This document shows, in pieces, positions 27,261 through 36,316 of a stretch of DNA of 64,000 nucleotides (positions are counted from its first letter, which is position 1; every line of letters begins with the position of its first letter). The notes beneath the pieces are model-generated. The model had not been told where the DNA came from. It searched no databases and saw only the letters and a program-made list of their open reading frames with translations. The stretch comes from an uncultured Dehalococcoidales bacterium (GTDB lineage Bacteria; Chloroflexota; Dehalococcoidia; GIF9; UBA5629). Where the stretch lies: assembly GCA_964554375.1 (NCBI GenBank), contig CAZKOL010000001.1, forward strand, positions 24,597-88,596. Reading direction: 5' to 3'. A program made the translations under genes and the position numbers.

Positions 27261-27642
27261 TGGGTGTTTTTAAAAATCTTTCCCGGCTTCCTGAATTCGA
27301 TGAAGAATTGGCGAAACTTGGAAAGAGATTTAGAACTATCCAGGACGACCTGGGAATATTTATTGAAAAGCAACTATTTCTTTATCACAAATTAAAGATA
27401 GATAACAGGGGAATCTTTCAAATTACCGGTTTGTCGATAGATGATCCCAAGTTATTTAAAGCGAAAAAATTGCCTGCCGGTCTTTACCGGGCAGGGGAGT
27501 TCAATCCGGTATAAGAGTGATTTACGCATACTTTGAGAAACAGGATAAAATCGAGCTGGTGGAAATATATTTTAAGGGCGATAAGGAAAACGAGGACAGA
27601 CTTAGGATTCTTAAATACTACGGTGAACGCAGACAGCCGTGA
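27260..27642 (+). pseudogene. RelE/ParE-superfamily toxin gene, apparently frameshifted (frame 2 27260-27514 then frame 1 to 27642)
   Basis: 84-aa frame-2 ORF overlaps the antitoxin stop (ATGA); downstream frame-1 segment translates to IRVIYAYFEKQDKIELVEIYFKGDKENEDRLRILKY, the conserved RelE/ParE C-terminus; A6 run at 27464-27469 and G4 run at 27494-27497 are candidate slip sites. Confidence 0.55.
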
Positions 27643-27710
27643 TTTCCGCCGCACGTTGAACGACCGGCGCATGTGGTATAATTTTTTTCGGCGATGTAGA
27701 GGTGTGAGCC

Positions 27711-28703
27711 ATGAGGGAGAATAAGAAGGACAGGCTGGCGCGGCTGAGCAGGGTGGAACACCTGCTCTACCAGTGCCCGGACGGCCTGACCGTCATCGCC
27801 ATAGCTGAAAAATGCGGCGTTTGCACAAGAACGGCGCGCCGCGACCTTGTAGCCCTGGAGGCAATCGGGGTGCCCATATGGGAAGATAAATCCAGACGTG
27901 GCATCGCGCCGGGATACTTCCTGCCGCCCATCTCCTTCACACTGCCCGAGGCCATGACGATTTTCCTGGCGGCGCGGCTGCTGCTATCGTACAGCAACAC
28001 CTACAACCCCAGTATCGACTCCACCTTCGTCAAGCTTAACTCCGCCGTGCCCGCGCCGCTGAGGGACCAGGTGACGCGTACTATAGCCTGGATGCAGAAG
28101 CTCAATAAAAACGATAGGCTGCGCTGCACCATGGACACGCTGGCCCACGCCTGGATAAACGGACGCAGGGTGAGGATACGCTACCAGGCGCTGGGACGCC
28201 CCATCGCCAATGACAGGGTCATCGAGCCCTACTTCATCCAGCCGGCCACCTTCGAACGCGCCAATTACGTGATCGCCTACTGCAACCACGCCCGCAGGGT
28301 GCTGACCTTCAAGGTCGACCGTATCCAGGATATTGAGCTGCTGGACGAACGCTACTCCATCCCGGGGGACTTCGACGCCAATAAATTCCTGGAGCCGGCC
28401 TGGGGTATAACCGTCTACGGCAAACCGGTTTCCGTGAAGCTCAGGTTCAACTCTGAGATAGCCAGGCTGGCCCTCGAGACGAGATGGCACCCGTCACAGG
28501 CCGTGAAGACTCAGCCGGACGGCTCGGCCGTGGTCACGTTCAAAGTGCCGGTAACAGATGAGTTCATCGCCTTCGTGACGCGCTGGGGCGAGAAGGTGGA
28601 GGCGCTTCAACCCAATAGCCTGCGCAAGAAGGTCTCGGGAATAGCACGGGGGATGGTAAACATGTATGACACAACTATGAGCAGGGATAGAAAGTTGTTA
28701 TAA
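27711..28703 (+). CDS. WYL-domain transcriptional regulator (HTH-WYL-WCX; BrxR/CapW-like)
   Basis: N-terminal wHTH; WYL core RRVLTFKVDRIQDIELLDERY; C-terminal extension; 330 aa. Confidence 0.75.
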   Translation: MRENKKDRLARLSRVEHLLYQCPDGLTVIAIAEKCGVCTRTARRDLVALEAIGVPIWEDKSRRGIAPGYFLPPISFTLPEAMTIFLAARLLLSYSNTYNPSIDSTFVKLNSAVPAPLRDQVTRTIAWMQKLNKNDRLRCTMDTLAHAWINGRRVRIRYQALGRPIANDRVIEPYFIQPATFERANYVIAYCNHARRVLTFKVDRIQDIELLDERYSIPGDFDANKFLEPAWGITVYGKPVSVKLRFNSEIARLALETRWHPSQAVKTQPDGSAVVTFKVPVTDEFIAFVTRWGEKVEALQPNSLRKKVSGIARGMVNMYDTTMSRDRKLL

Positions 28704-28736
28704 TTCTAATCAACCAATGATAATTGGAGCTGATAA

Positions 28737-28946
28737 ATGAGATTTACCATCACTCTGGAAAAGGACGAAAACGGTTTCATTATTGCCAGTTGCCCTGCCC
28801 TGCAGGGTTGTCATTCCCAGGGAAAAACTAAAGAGGAAGCCTTAGCTAACGTCCAGGAAGCCATAAAGGGATACATCGCCAGTATGCGTAAGCACGGTGA
28901 GAAGATACCGGTTACAGAGACTGAAGAGGTAGAGGTCGGTATATAG
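28737..28946 (+). CDS. hicB: HicB-family antitoxin
   Basis: MRFTITLEKDENGFIIASCPALQGCHSQGKTKEEALANVQEAI UPF0150 signature; 69 aa. Confidence 0.75.
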   Translation: MRFTITLEKDENGFIIASCPALQGCHSQGKTKEEALANVQEAIKGYIASMRKHGEKIPVTETEEVEVGI

Positions 28947-29170
28947 TGGGCAAACTCCCGGCAATTTCCGGGGACGAATTCGTCAAGGCAGTTAACCGTA
29001 TCGGGTATACCTGGGATCACACAGAGGGCAGCCATATGATCCTGCTAAACCAGAATGGGAGAAGAGTGGCCGTTCCAAAACACAAGGAACTGGGACCGGG
29101 TTTGCTACGCAAATTAATTCGAGATGTCGGGTTAACAAGAACTGAATTCATGGAACTTCTTGAGAGATAA
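28946..29170 (+). CDS. hicA: HicA-family mRNA interferase toxin
   Basis: KLPAISGDEFVKAV...GYTWDHTEGSHMIL... GSH motif, YcfA-like; start overlaps hicB stop. Confidence 0.75.
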   Translation: MGKLPAISGDEFVKAVNRIGYTWDHTEGSHMILLNQNGRRVAVPKHKELGPGLLRKLIRDVGLTRTEFMELLER

Positions 29171-29203
29171 TCCGGCATTGAAGTTTATGTTATATCCTTT
29201 GCT

Positions 29204-29743
29204 ATGAAGAGCAAAACTGAAACAGCAGTCTTCGGCGGCGGCTGTTTCTGGTGCACCGAGGCGATCTTCGCCGAGCTCAAGGGGGTTATCAAGGTCATGC
29301 CCGGATACACGGGCGGCCGCACCGCTAACCCCACCTACCAGCAGGTGTGCAGCAGGACCACCGGGCACGTGGAAGCTGCCAGGATCGAATACGACCCGAC
29401 GCTGATCAGCTTCAACGACCTGCTGGAGGTATTCTTTTATACACACGATCCGACCACGCCCAACCGCCAGGGCAACGACGCAGGCGAACAATACCACTCC
29501 ACCATCTTCTACATAGACGAAGCCCAGAAAGAACTGGCCGAGAAATTTATTGAAAAACTGAATGCCTCAGGGGAATTCAATGCCCCCATCGTCACCACGT
29601 TGAGGCCGCTGACCAAATTCTTCGAGGCCGAGGACTACCACCGGGACTACTATCAGAAGAATACGGGGCACGTCTATTGCCGGATGGTCGTCGCACCTAA
29701 ATTGGCTAAACTCAGGGCAAAATTTAAGAACGCTACGAAATAA
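29204..29743 (+). CDS. msrA: peptide-methionine (S)-S-oxide reductase
   Basis: active-site GGGCFWC, full-length MsrA similarity; 179 aa. Confidence 0.9.
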   Translation: MKSKTETAVFGGGCFWCTEAIFAELKGVIKVMPGYTGGRTANPTYQQVCSRTTGHVEAARIEYDPTLISFNDLLEVFFYTHDPTTPNRQGNDAGEQYHSTIFYIDEAQKELAEKFIEKLNASGEFNAPIVTTLRPLTKFFEAEDYHRDYYQKNTGHVYCRMVVAPKLAKLRAKFKNATK

Positions 29744-29748
29744 TCGCC

Positions 29749-30387
29749 TTAAACAAATTTCTCGCAGAGATAGACCGCCGCCATCGCATCTTCCCCGTGG
29801 CCATCGCAGCCCATCTCTTTGGCCAGGCCCGGCGTGGTGCAGGCGCCGCCCAGGATGACCTTCACCTGGTCCCGCAGACCGGCCCTGGTGATCTCCTCTA
29901 CCGTGGAACGCAAGGAGACGACCATGGGAGTGAGCAGCATCGAGAGCGCCACGATCTTTGCCCGGTGCGCGCGCACCGCATCGACTATCCTCACTGCCGC
30001 AACGTCGGACCCCAGGTCGATCACCTCAAAACCGGAGGCGTTCAGCATCATGCCCACCAGGTTCTTGCCCATGTCATGGATATCCCCCTTGACGGTCGCC
30101 AGCACCACTGTGCCCTTGCCCTGTACATCTGTATGCGTCAGCAAAGGCTCCAGCGGGACCAGGCCGGCCTTCATCACCTCGCCCGCCAGCAACAGCTCGG
30201 TTAAAAAATATTCGCCGCTCTGGAAGCGCTCGCCCACGACCCTCATGCCTGCGCTCAGGCCGTCGTTCAGCACGGCGCGCGGGTCGGCGCCCGCCTCCAG
30301 GGCAGCGCCCACCTGTCCCGCCACCGCGTCTATATCCAGGCTGACAACCGCATCCAGCACAGCTTTTATAGCATCACGTTCGTTCAT
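29749..30387 (-). CDS. methyltransferase cognate corrinoid protein (B12-binding)
   Basis: B12-binding cap domain + Rossmann domain with DIHDMGKN (DxHxxG), SxL, ILGGA motifs; 212 aa. Confidence 0.8.
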   Translation of the reverse strand: MNERDAIKAVLDAVVSLDIDAVAGQVGAALEAGADPRAVLNDGLSAGMRVVGERFQSGEYFLTELLLAGEVMKAGLVPLEPLLTHTDVQGKGTVVLATVKGDIHDMGKNLVGMMLNASGFEVIDLGSDVAAVRIVDAVRAHRAKIVALSMLLTPMVVSLRSTVEEITRAGLRDQVKVILGGACTTPGLAKEMGCDGHGEDAMAAVYLCEKFV

Positions 30388-30404
30388 CGCTCACCTCGCC
30401 TATC

Positions 30405-31574
30405 TCAGGCTAATTTAAGGGGGTAGGCCCCGTAGCGGTGGGTATCTTCAATCATCCAGCGGGTATTCTCGACCTTCACCGCATTGTGCGAGTTGGTCAT
30501 GGCCATGATGAACCCGCCGTCCACGGCGGCATCCTTCAGCATCGCCTTGACCGCTGCCTCCACCTCCTCCCGCGTGCCCTCGCTCAGGACGTGGGAGATG
30601 TCCATGTTGCCGAATATGCACATGCGCTTCCCCAACTGCTTTTTCACCGCCGCAATGTTTATGCCGGCGGTCGGTTCCAGCGAGTGCACGCCGTCGAAGC
30701 CCCAGTCCGCGAAAAGCTCCAGCAACTGGTTCACGTTGCCGCAGGAATGTATGATGATCTTGATGCCGCGCTTGTGGGCCTCTTCGCAGATCCTGCGCAG
30801 GCTGGGTCCGAAAAACTCGTCCAGCACGCGCGGCGGCGTCTGCGGGCCGCTCTTGTGGCCCATGTCGTCGGAATAAACGAAGGCCGGCATGCCTGCATCG
30901 GCCGTCGCATTGATGGTCGCCAGGTAAATCTTCTCGTAGTATTTCACCATGCGCCGCACAAAGTCGGGGTTGCGGCGCAGAGTCACGGCGAAGGCCGCCA
31001 GGCCCATCGACTGGGAGGCGGACTCCCACAACCCGGAGAACAGGCTGCCCATCAAATAAATTTTATCTCCGTAGCGCTTCTGCAGGTCGGCGAATACCCG
31101 GTATATGGTCTTGTAAAACTTGTCGGGATCGGGGTGGCTCCAGGCCTCCCACAGCTCCGGCGTGCTCAGCAGCCCCTGCCGGTACATGGGCGTGTCCACG
31201 TTTCCATCCGGGTCGGCCACCAGGTCGTACAGCTTACCCCAGATGTCGGTGGACTGACGGTTGCCCCTCAAATTGAAAATCGACGAGTACATCAGCCACG
31301 AGCAATCGTAGCCCAGGGCGATGTCGGCCTCGAGCTTCTTGCCCATGAATTTCTCCGTCTCGCGGGTCATCCAGCCGACGCGGTTGATCAGCGGGGCGGT
31401 CAGCTTGAACAGCGCCCCCGTCACCCCTTCCCTGATCAGTTTCAGCGGAAGGGCCCCGTCTTTATTGCCCAGGACCTCGTAAATCTGGTTCTGCTCCTCG
31501 GTGCAGGAGAATACGGGCACGCGGTCCGGCGCCCCCAGGTTTAATGCGATCGCGGTTCGCTCGTGGCTGTTCAT
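30405..31574 (-). CDS. uroporphyrinogen decarboxylase-family methyltransferase (MtaA/CmuA-like, methylcorrinoid:acceptor)
   Basis: URO-D fold family similarity over 389 aa; co-oriented with and 17 bp upstream of the corrinoid protein. Confidence 0.7.
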   Translation of the reverse strand: MNSHERTAIALNLGAPDRVPVFSCTEEQNQIYEVLGNKDGALPLKLIREGVTGALFKLTAPLINRVGWMTRETEKFMGKKLEADIALGYDCSWLMYSSIFNLRGNRQSTDIWGKLYDLVADPDGNVDTPMYRQGLLSTPELWEAWSHPDPDKFYKTIYRVFADLQKRYGDKIYLMGSLFSGLWESASQSMGLAAFAVTLRRNPDFVRRMVKYYEKIYLATINATADAGMPAFVYSDDMGHKSGPQTPPRVLDEFFGPSLRRICEEAHKRGIKIIIHSCGNVNQLLELFADWGFDGVHSLEPTAGINIAAVKKQLGKRMCIFGNMDISHVLSEGTREEVEAAVKAMLKDAAVDGGFIMAMTNSHNAVKVENTRWMIEDTHRYGAYPLKLA

Positions 31575-31814
31575 AGGCTACTCCTACCTCCCTGATTTCC
31601 CATTTCAATTATGAGCCTGGCAGTTATCTTACCTCGTCAGCCCCGGCCCTGATAGTATCCCTTTGCCCGGTGACTGTCAATTAGCGGCGGACTGTTCTAA
31701 ACCGGGGAGGCGGGCTTTATCAACAGCATTGCATCCTATGCAAAGAGCTATAATATTGTTATAATACATGCGTATGTATGCCTTTATGTATCTATGCCTG
31801 CATGGAGGAAATCA

Positions 31815-32075
31815 ATGAGCAGAAGAATGACCGTGGTCTTTCATGATGATGAGTTGTATACCGATTTAAAAGTAGCGGCAGTTCGCCGCCGCCGTACAGC
31901 CAGTGAAATAATCGCCGAGGCTGTGACCGAGTGGCTTGAAAGCCGTGAGGATGCGGCGCTTGCGCCTGTAATTAAGGCTGCGCGTACCGAATATCAGGCG
32001 AAGGGTGGACGTCCCTGGGAAAAGGTCCGGCAGGAAGTAAACCAGGCCATCGCCAAGAGAAATGGGAAGAGATAA
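31815..32075 (+). CDS. ribbon-helix-helix (CopG-like) antitoxin
   Basis: MSRRMTVVFHDDELYTDLKVAAVRRRRTASEII RHH pattern; directly upstream of a RelE gene. Confidence 0.6.
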   Translation: MSRRMTVVFHDDELYTDLKVAAVRRRRTASEIIAEAVTEWLESREDAALAPVIKAARTEYQAKGGRPWEKVRQEVNQAIAKRNGKR

Positions 32076-32090
32076 CCCCCCAGGATCCTT

Positions 32091-32375
32091 ATGGCAAACT
32101 CGCCGCCCTACCATGTTGAAGTCTCACCTGCTGCTAACCGTGATCTTCAGAAACTAAAAGAGCGGATACTCAAGCAGGATTTTGACCGCTTGTGTAAAGC
32201 TGTCGATAAATTGGTTAAAGAACCACGTCCCCACGGAGTCAGGAAGATTAAAGGCGCTGTCACTGCCTATCGGATAAGGGTAAGCAATTACCGCATTGTT
32301 TACGATGTATATGATGAAGAAAAGCTCGTCGTTATACTTCAGGTTAAGCGGCGCAGCGAAACCACCTATAAATAA
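32091..32375 (+). CDS. RelE/ParE-family toxin
   Basis: C-terminal AYRIRVSNYRIVYDVYDEEKLVVILQVKRR typical of the RelE/ParE fold; 94 aa. Confidence 0.75.
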   Translation: MANSPPYHVEVSPAANRDLQKLKERILKQDFDRLCKAVDKLVKEPRPHGVRKIKGAVTAYRIRVSNYRIVYDVYDEEKLVVILQVKRRSETTYK

Positions 32376-32428
32376 TATAATATGAGAGGCAGAATAACCA
32401 TTTCGCCTGGTTTTCACGACACACGGCG

Positions 32429-32947
32429 CTAGCTTTTGGCTGCGTCCTTTGCCTGCTGTTCCAGTATCAACTCAACCGCCATAGAGGCGACTTCCCCGAC
32501 CAGTGAGGAACACCTCTCCAGCGCCCCGGCATTGAGCGCGGCCTCGATCTCTGAAGGCTCCAGCAGGTTGAAAAAGCGCCCGAAGAACTTGGTCTGAAGC
32601 TCATGGCAGCGGCACACGCCGTACTCTCCCATGAACCTGTTCTCAAGCTGCTGGCAAAGCAAAAGCGCCTTCAGCATCTTGCCGCGGCGATGGAAGTCCT
32701 CTTTTTTTCGTCCGAAAATATAGCTGATGGCCATCACCGCGCCCGACAAAGCCCCGCAGTGGCCGTCACCCGTCAGCCCGATGCCGTCGGCAAAGCCCGT
32801 GGCGGCACGGAAAACATCGTCGTTCTGTATGCCCAGCGTTTCAGTGACGCCGGCGAAAACGCCCTGCGCGCAGGCGCCGTTCTCCATCTCGTACTTCTTC
32901 GCCAGCGCATATGCCCTGTCCTTGATCTCCTGCCTCGATTTCTCCAT
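32429..32947 (-). CDS. C_GCAxxG_C_C family protein
   Basis: CAQGV and CGALSGA motifs, conserved Cys pattern; 172 aa. Confidence 0.75.
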   Translation of the reverse strand: MEKSRQEIKDRAYALAKKYEMENGACAQGVFAGVTETLGIQNDDVFRAATGFADGIGLTGDGHCGALSGAVMAISYIFGRKKEDFHRRGKMLKALLLCQQLENRFMGEYGVCRCHELQTKFFGRFFNLLEPSEIEAALNAGALERCSSLVGEVASMAVELILEQQAKDAAKS

Positions 32948-33083
32948 ATCTTTAATACTCCCTCTCAGCAGATTCTTGTTTTATGGAATTTTAGCATAGC
33001 AGGGATCTTCTCGTCCCCTATCACCAACTTCTTTAACACACCAATTAAATATTGTTGTATAATCCGGGTGTACGGAGATAATT

Positions 33084-33296
33084 ATGCTGGTAAAGGTTGA
33101 AAGCTATTTTGACGGTGATTGCTGGTGCGCACGCGGCATCGGCGAAGACATATTCACTCAAGGTAAGACCCTGGATGAATTGCATGAAAATATCAAAGAG
33201 GCCGTTGCATGTCATTTTGGGGATACATCCGAACCTATAACTATTCTCACTCTTTCTGAGGTTAAGCTGGCAGATGCCAAAGCTTCCGCAGGTTAG
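33084..33296 (+). CDS. hicB: HicB-family antitoxin (second pair)
   Basis: UPF0150-like MLVKVESYFDGDCWCARGIGEDIFTQGKTLDELHENIKEAV; 70 aa. Confidence 0.7.
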   Translation: MLVKVESYFDGDCWCARGIGEDIFTQGKTLDELHENIKEAVACHFGDTSEPITILTLSEVKLADAKASAG

Positions 33297-33522
33297 TGGC
33301 AGCCGACTCGTCAGTTTGCTTATATCACTTGGTTATACTTTTGACCGTCAGAAAGGTAGCCATGCTACTTACGAGAAGACCACTAAAATCGGTAAGCACA
33401 CCATCACTGTTCCTTTACACAAAGAGGTTACGAAAGGCACTTTCAACGATATCCTCAACAAAATCAGCCTGTTTAACAGTATCACCAAAGAAGCTCTCGT
33501 CGATAAACTGAAGAAACTGTAA
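33274..33522 (+). CDS. hicA: HicA-family toxin (second pair)
   Basis: MPKLPQVSGSRLV...GYTFDRQKGSHATY GSH motif; 23-nt overlap with hicB. Confidence 0.7.
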   Translation: MPKLPQVSGSRLVSLLISLGYTFDRQKGSHATYEKTTKIGKHTITVPLHKEVTKGTFNDILNKISLFNSITKEALVDKLKKL

Positions 33523-33636
33523 CTATACCAGGCTGCTATCTACATCTGCTTAACTGTTTCAGGCAATATACCTTGGTCCGTCCATCCCCGGCGCCTTGCC
33601 TAACCACCCGCCCGACACTATACTGAGTGTAACACG

Positions 33637-34731
33637 ATGAAAATCACGGACGTGGGTCGGGATATCCGGATCATCTCCCTCACGGGCGATGTCTCGTCGG
33701 CCATGGAGCAGGAGCTAAACGAACTCCTCATCACAACCCCCGGGACAGGAAAAAGCACGACTATACTTGATTTCCAGGCCGTGCGGTCTTTGGATAACAC
33801 GGGCATCAGCATGCTGGTACGCCTGCACAACAGCGCAGGGCATAAAGGTCTGCGGCTCATGGCAGCCAGGCTGGGCGGCCGGCTTCCGGATATCTTTCGA
33901 CTGACGCGCCTCAACGAGGGCATACCCTGCTACGGCGATATCCCCACAGCCCTGCGTCACGCGGGTTACAGGGGTCAGCCGCCGCAAGACGTGGCTAATC
34001 CGGCACACGATACGACCACAGCAGCCACCAAGGACGTGAACGATGCCTGGGCAAGGCCCGTCTCAAGGCTGGAAGTCAAAGCTATGCCGAAGGTGGCTAT
34101 TGATCTTAACGTAAAGGGACGCAGGGTGGCAGGCCCTATGCAGGGTTTCGGCCAGCTCTGGCAAAAGACCTACTCGATATCACTGCCGGGCAAGGGTTTG
34201 GACCCCGCCCGCGCCATCGCAATACTCAAAGAAAATTTCACCTCCTTCCAGCCGCCGGCCAACCGCTTCTACCCTCCCCCGGACGGCATCAAGCCGGGCG
34301 GGGTCATCTTGATCAACGCCGATACGCCGGGAGGGCTGGTGGCCACGGGAGTGATGACGCTGTATTCCAGCCGGGATAGCTTCACATTCATCACGCCGGA
34401 GGGACATCCCGAAGCCGGCTGGGTCACCTTCTCGTCCTTCCGGGAGCAGGATTCTACGGTGGTGCAGATCCAGGGGCTGGCGCGGGCCAGCGACCCCATA
34501 TATGAGCTGGCTTTTCGCATCCTGGGATCGAAACTCCAGCAGGACATCTGGTCACACGTGCTGCAGTCCATGCTCAACTACCTCGGCGGCAGCGGAGGCG
34601 TGCAGGTGACACCCCTGCTCCTGGACAGTCGCCTGCAGTGGTCGCGCTTCTTCAACCTCTTGCTCAACGCCCAGATACTCACCCTGCTCTATATGCCCGC
34701 GCTGCTCTGCCGCAGACTGTTTAAACGGTAA
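33637..34731 (+). CDS. STAS-domain (anti-sigma-factor-antagonist-like) protein fused to ~250-aa uncharacterised C-terminal domain
   Basis: N-terminal ~110 aa SpoIIAA-like (ILDFQAVRSLDNTGISMLVRL); remainder without clear motif. Confidence 0.55.
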   Translation: MKITDVGRDIRIISLTGDVSSAMEQELNELLITTPGTGKSTTILDFQAVRSLDNTGISMLVRLHNSAGHKGLRLMAARLGGRLPDIFRLTRLNEGIPCYGDIPTALRHAGYRGQPPQDVANPAHDTTTAATKDVNDAWARPVSRLEVKAMPKVAIDLNVKGRRVAGPMQGFGQLWQKTYSISLPGKGLDPARAIAILKENFTSFQPPANRFYPPPDGIKPGGVILINADTPGGLVATGVMTLYSSRDSFTFITPEGHPEAGWVTFSSFREQDSTVVQIQGLARASDPIYELAFRILGSKLQQDIWSHVLQSMLNYLGGSGGVQVTPLLLDSRLQWSRFFNLLLNAQILTLLYMPALLCRRLFKR

Positions 34732-34748
34732 TGTAATCAGGCTTGCTC

Positions 34749-36173
34749 ATGGTATTAACCGGCAGCGAAGACTCTTATATCGTCGGCTCGGGGCCCAACG
34801 GCCTCTCGGCAGCTATCGCCCTGGCCCGGTCGGGATTGCGCGTCTGCGTGATCGAAGGCAACCCATCCTTCGGCGGCTGCGCCCGTTCGGCGGAACTGAC
34901 CCTGCCCGGCTTCGTGCACGATACCGGCTCGGCGGTACACCCCATGGCCACAGCCTCCCCCTTCTTTAAATCCCTGCCCCTCAGCGATTACGGACTCGAG
35001 TGGATACAGCCTCCCGCAGCCATGGCACACCCCTTCGACGACGGCGCCTCCGCCCTGCTCTGCAGGTCGGTGCAGGAGACCGCCGAAACGCTGGGCCGGG
35101 ACTCCCGCAGGTACAGCGACCTGTTTACGCCCCTGATAGAAGACTGGGACAGCCTTTTGCCGGAGCTTTTAGGCACGATGAGGATGCCGCGGCGCCCCCT
35201 GGCGCTGGCCCGTTTCGCCCTCAAAGCCCTGCAGCCCGCCACGCGCCTGGCGAAGGGCTGTTTCCAGGATGAGCGCGCCCGCGGCTTCATAGCCGGACTC
35301 TGCGCGCACTCGATACTGCCTCTGGAAGAGACGCCCGCCTCCGCCTTCGGGCTGGCACTGGGGCTGGCAGGGCATGCCGTGGGCTGGCCCATACCGAAGG
35401 GAGGCGCGGGCAACATAACCGCTGCGCTGGCCGGTTACCTCACGGCCATGGGCGGCAAGTTAATTGCAGGCCGCTATATTAAATCAGCGGACGAGCTGCC
35501 CGCCGGCAGCTCCGTTTTCTGGGACGTTACACCCGCGCAACTGCTGCGCATGGCCGGCCTTAAATTGCCCGCCGGCTACCGCAGGTCGCTGCGGAGATAC
35601 CGCTACGGGCCGGGCGTCTTCAAGGTCGACTGGGCGCTCAGCCAACCCATCCCCTGGAAATCCCGGGCATGCAAGCTGGCGGGGACCGTGCACCTGGGCG
35701 GGACCCTGGAAGAAATAGTCATGTCGGAAAAAATAGTCTGGCGTAATAAGGTCTCGCAAAAACCCTTCGTGCTGCTGGCGCAGCCCAGCCTCTTCGACGA
35801 TTCCCGCGCGCCCGCGGGCAAACACACCGCCTGGGCCTACTGCCACGTGCCCAACGGGTATCAAGGCGATATGACCGACCTGATCGAGGCGCAGGTCGAG
35901 CGCTTCGCGCCGGGCTTTCGAGAGGTCATACTGGCGCGCCATGCCGTGGGCCCGGCCGAGCTCGAGCGCGATAACCCCAACCTGGTGGGCGGCGATATCA
36001 GCGGGGGAGCTCAATCACTGCGGCAACTGTTCGCCCGGCCCGCGCTGCGCCTCGATCCCTATAGGATACCCGGCGAAAATATGTATATCTGCTCCTCGTC
36101 CACTCCACCGGGCGCAGGCGTGCACGGCATGTGCGGCTTTCACGCCGCCGCGTCTTACCTCAAACATATATGA
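34749..36173 (+). CDS. FAD-dependent oxidoreductase, phytoene-desaturase (CrtI) family
   Basis: N-terminal dinucleotide fold YIVGSGPNGLSAAIALARSGLRVCVIE...GG; ~475 aa. Confidence 0.7.
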   Translation: MVLTGSEDSYIVGSGPNGLSAAIALARSGLRVCVIEGNPSFGGCARSAELTLPGFVHDTGSAVHPMATASPFFKSLPLSDYGLEWIQPPAAMAHPFDDGASALLCRSVQETAETLGRDSRRYSDLFTPLIEDWDSLLPELLGTMRMPRRPLALARFALKALQPATRLAKGCFQDERARGFIAGLCAHSILPLEETPASAFGLALGLAGHAVGWPIPKGGAGNITAALAGYLTAMGGKLIAGRYIKSADELPAGSSVFWDVTPAQLLRMAGLKLPAGYRRSLRRYRYGPGVFKVDWALSQPIPWKSRACKLAGTVHLGGTLEEIVMSEKIVWRNKVSQKPFVLLAQPSLFDDSRAPAGKHTAWAYCHVPNGYQGDMTDLIEAQVERFAPGFREVILARHAVGPAELERDNPNLVGGDISGGAQSLRQLFARPALRLDPYRIPGENMYICSSSTPPGAGVHGMCGFHAAASYLKHI

Positions 36174-36316
36174 CCTGCAGTCAATTACGACTCATCGCCG
36201 GAACCCTCCCCTGCACGAATGATAATAGTAGCCCTGCGGTCAAGTATGCTACAATCTGGCCTGAAGATGACGGGACACAAAATTCTCAGCGGTCATCTTA
36301 AGGCGGGTGACGGTAA

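Noticed and set aside
27533-27724. 63-aa ORF overlapping the start of the WYL regulator
   Set aside because: Its 5' part is the other-frame reading of the RelE-like toxin 3' segment and it runs into the regulator's start. There is no RBS and no domain signal.
31575-31793. Possible cobalamin riboswitch in the leader of the corrinoid-protein/MtaA operon
   Set aside because: Inspection of both strands did not reveal a B12-box-like conserved core, so no riboswitch is called. An Infernal scan would be definitive.
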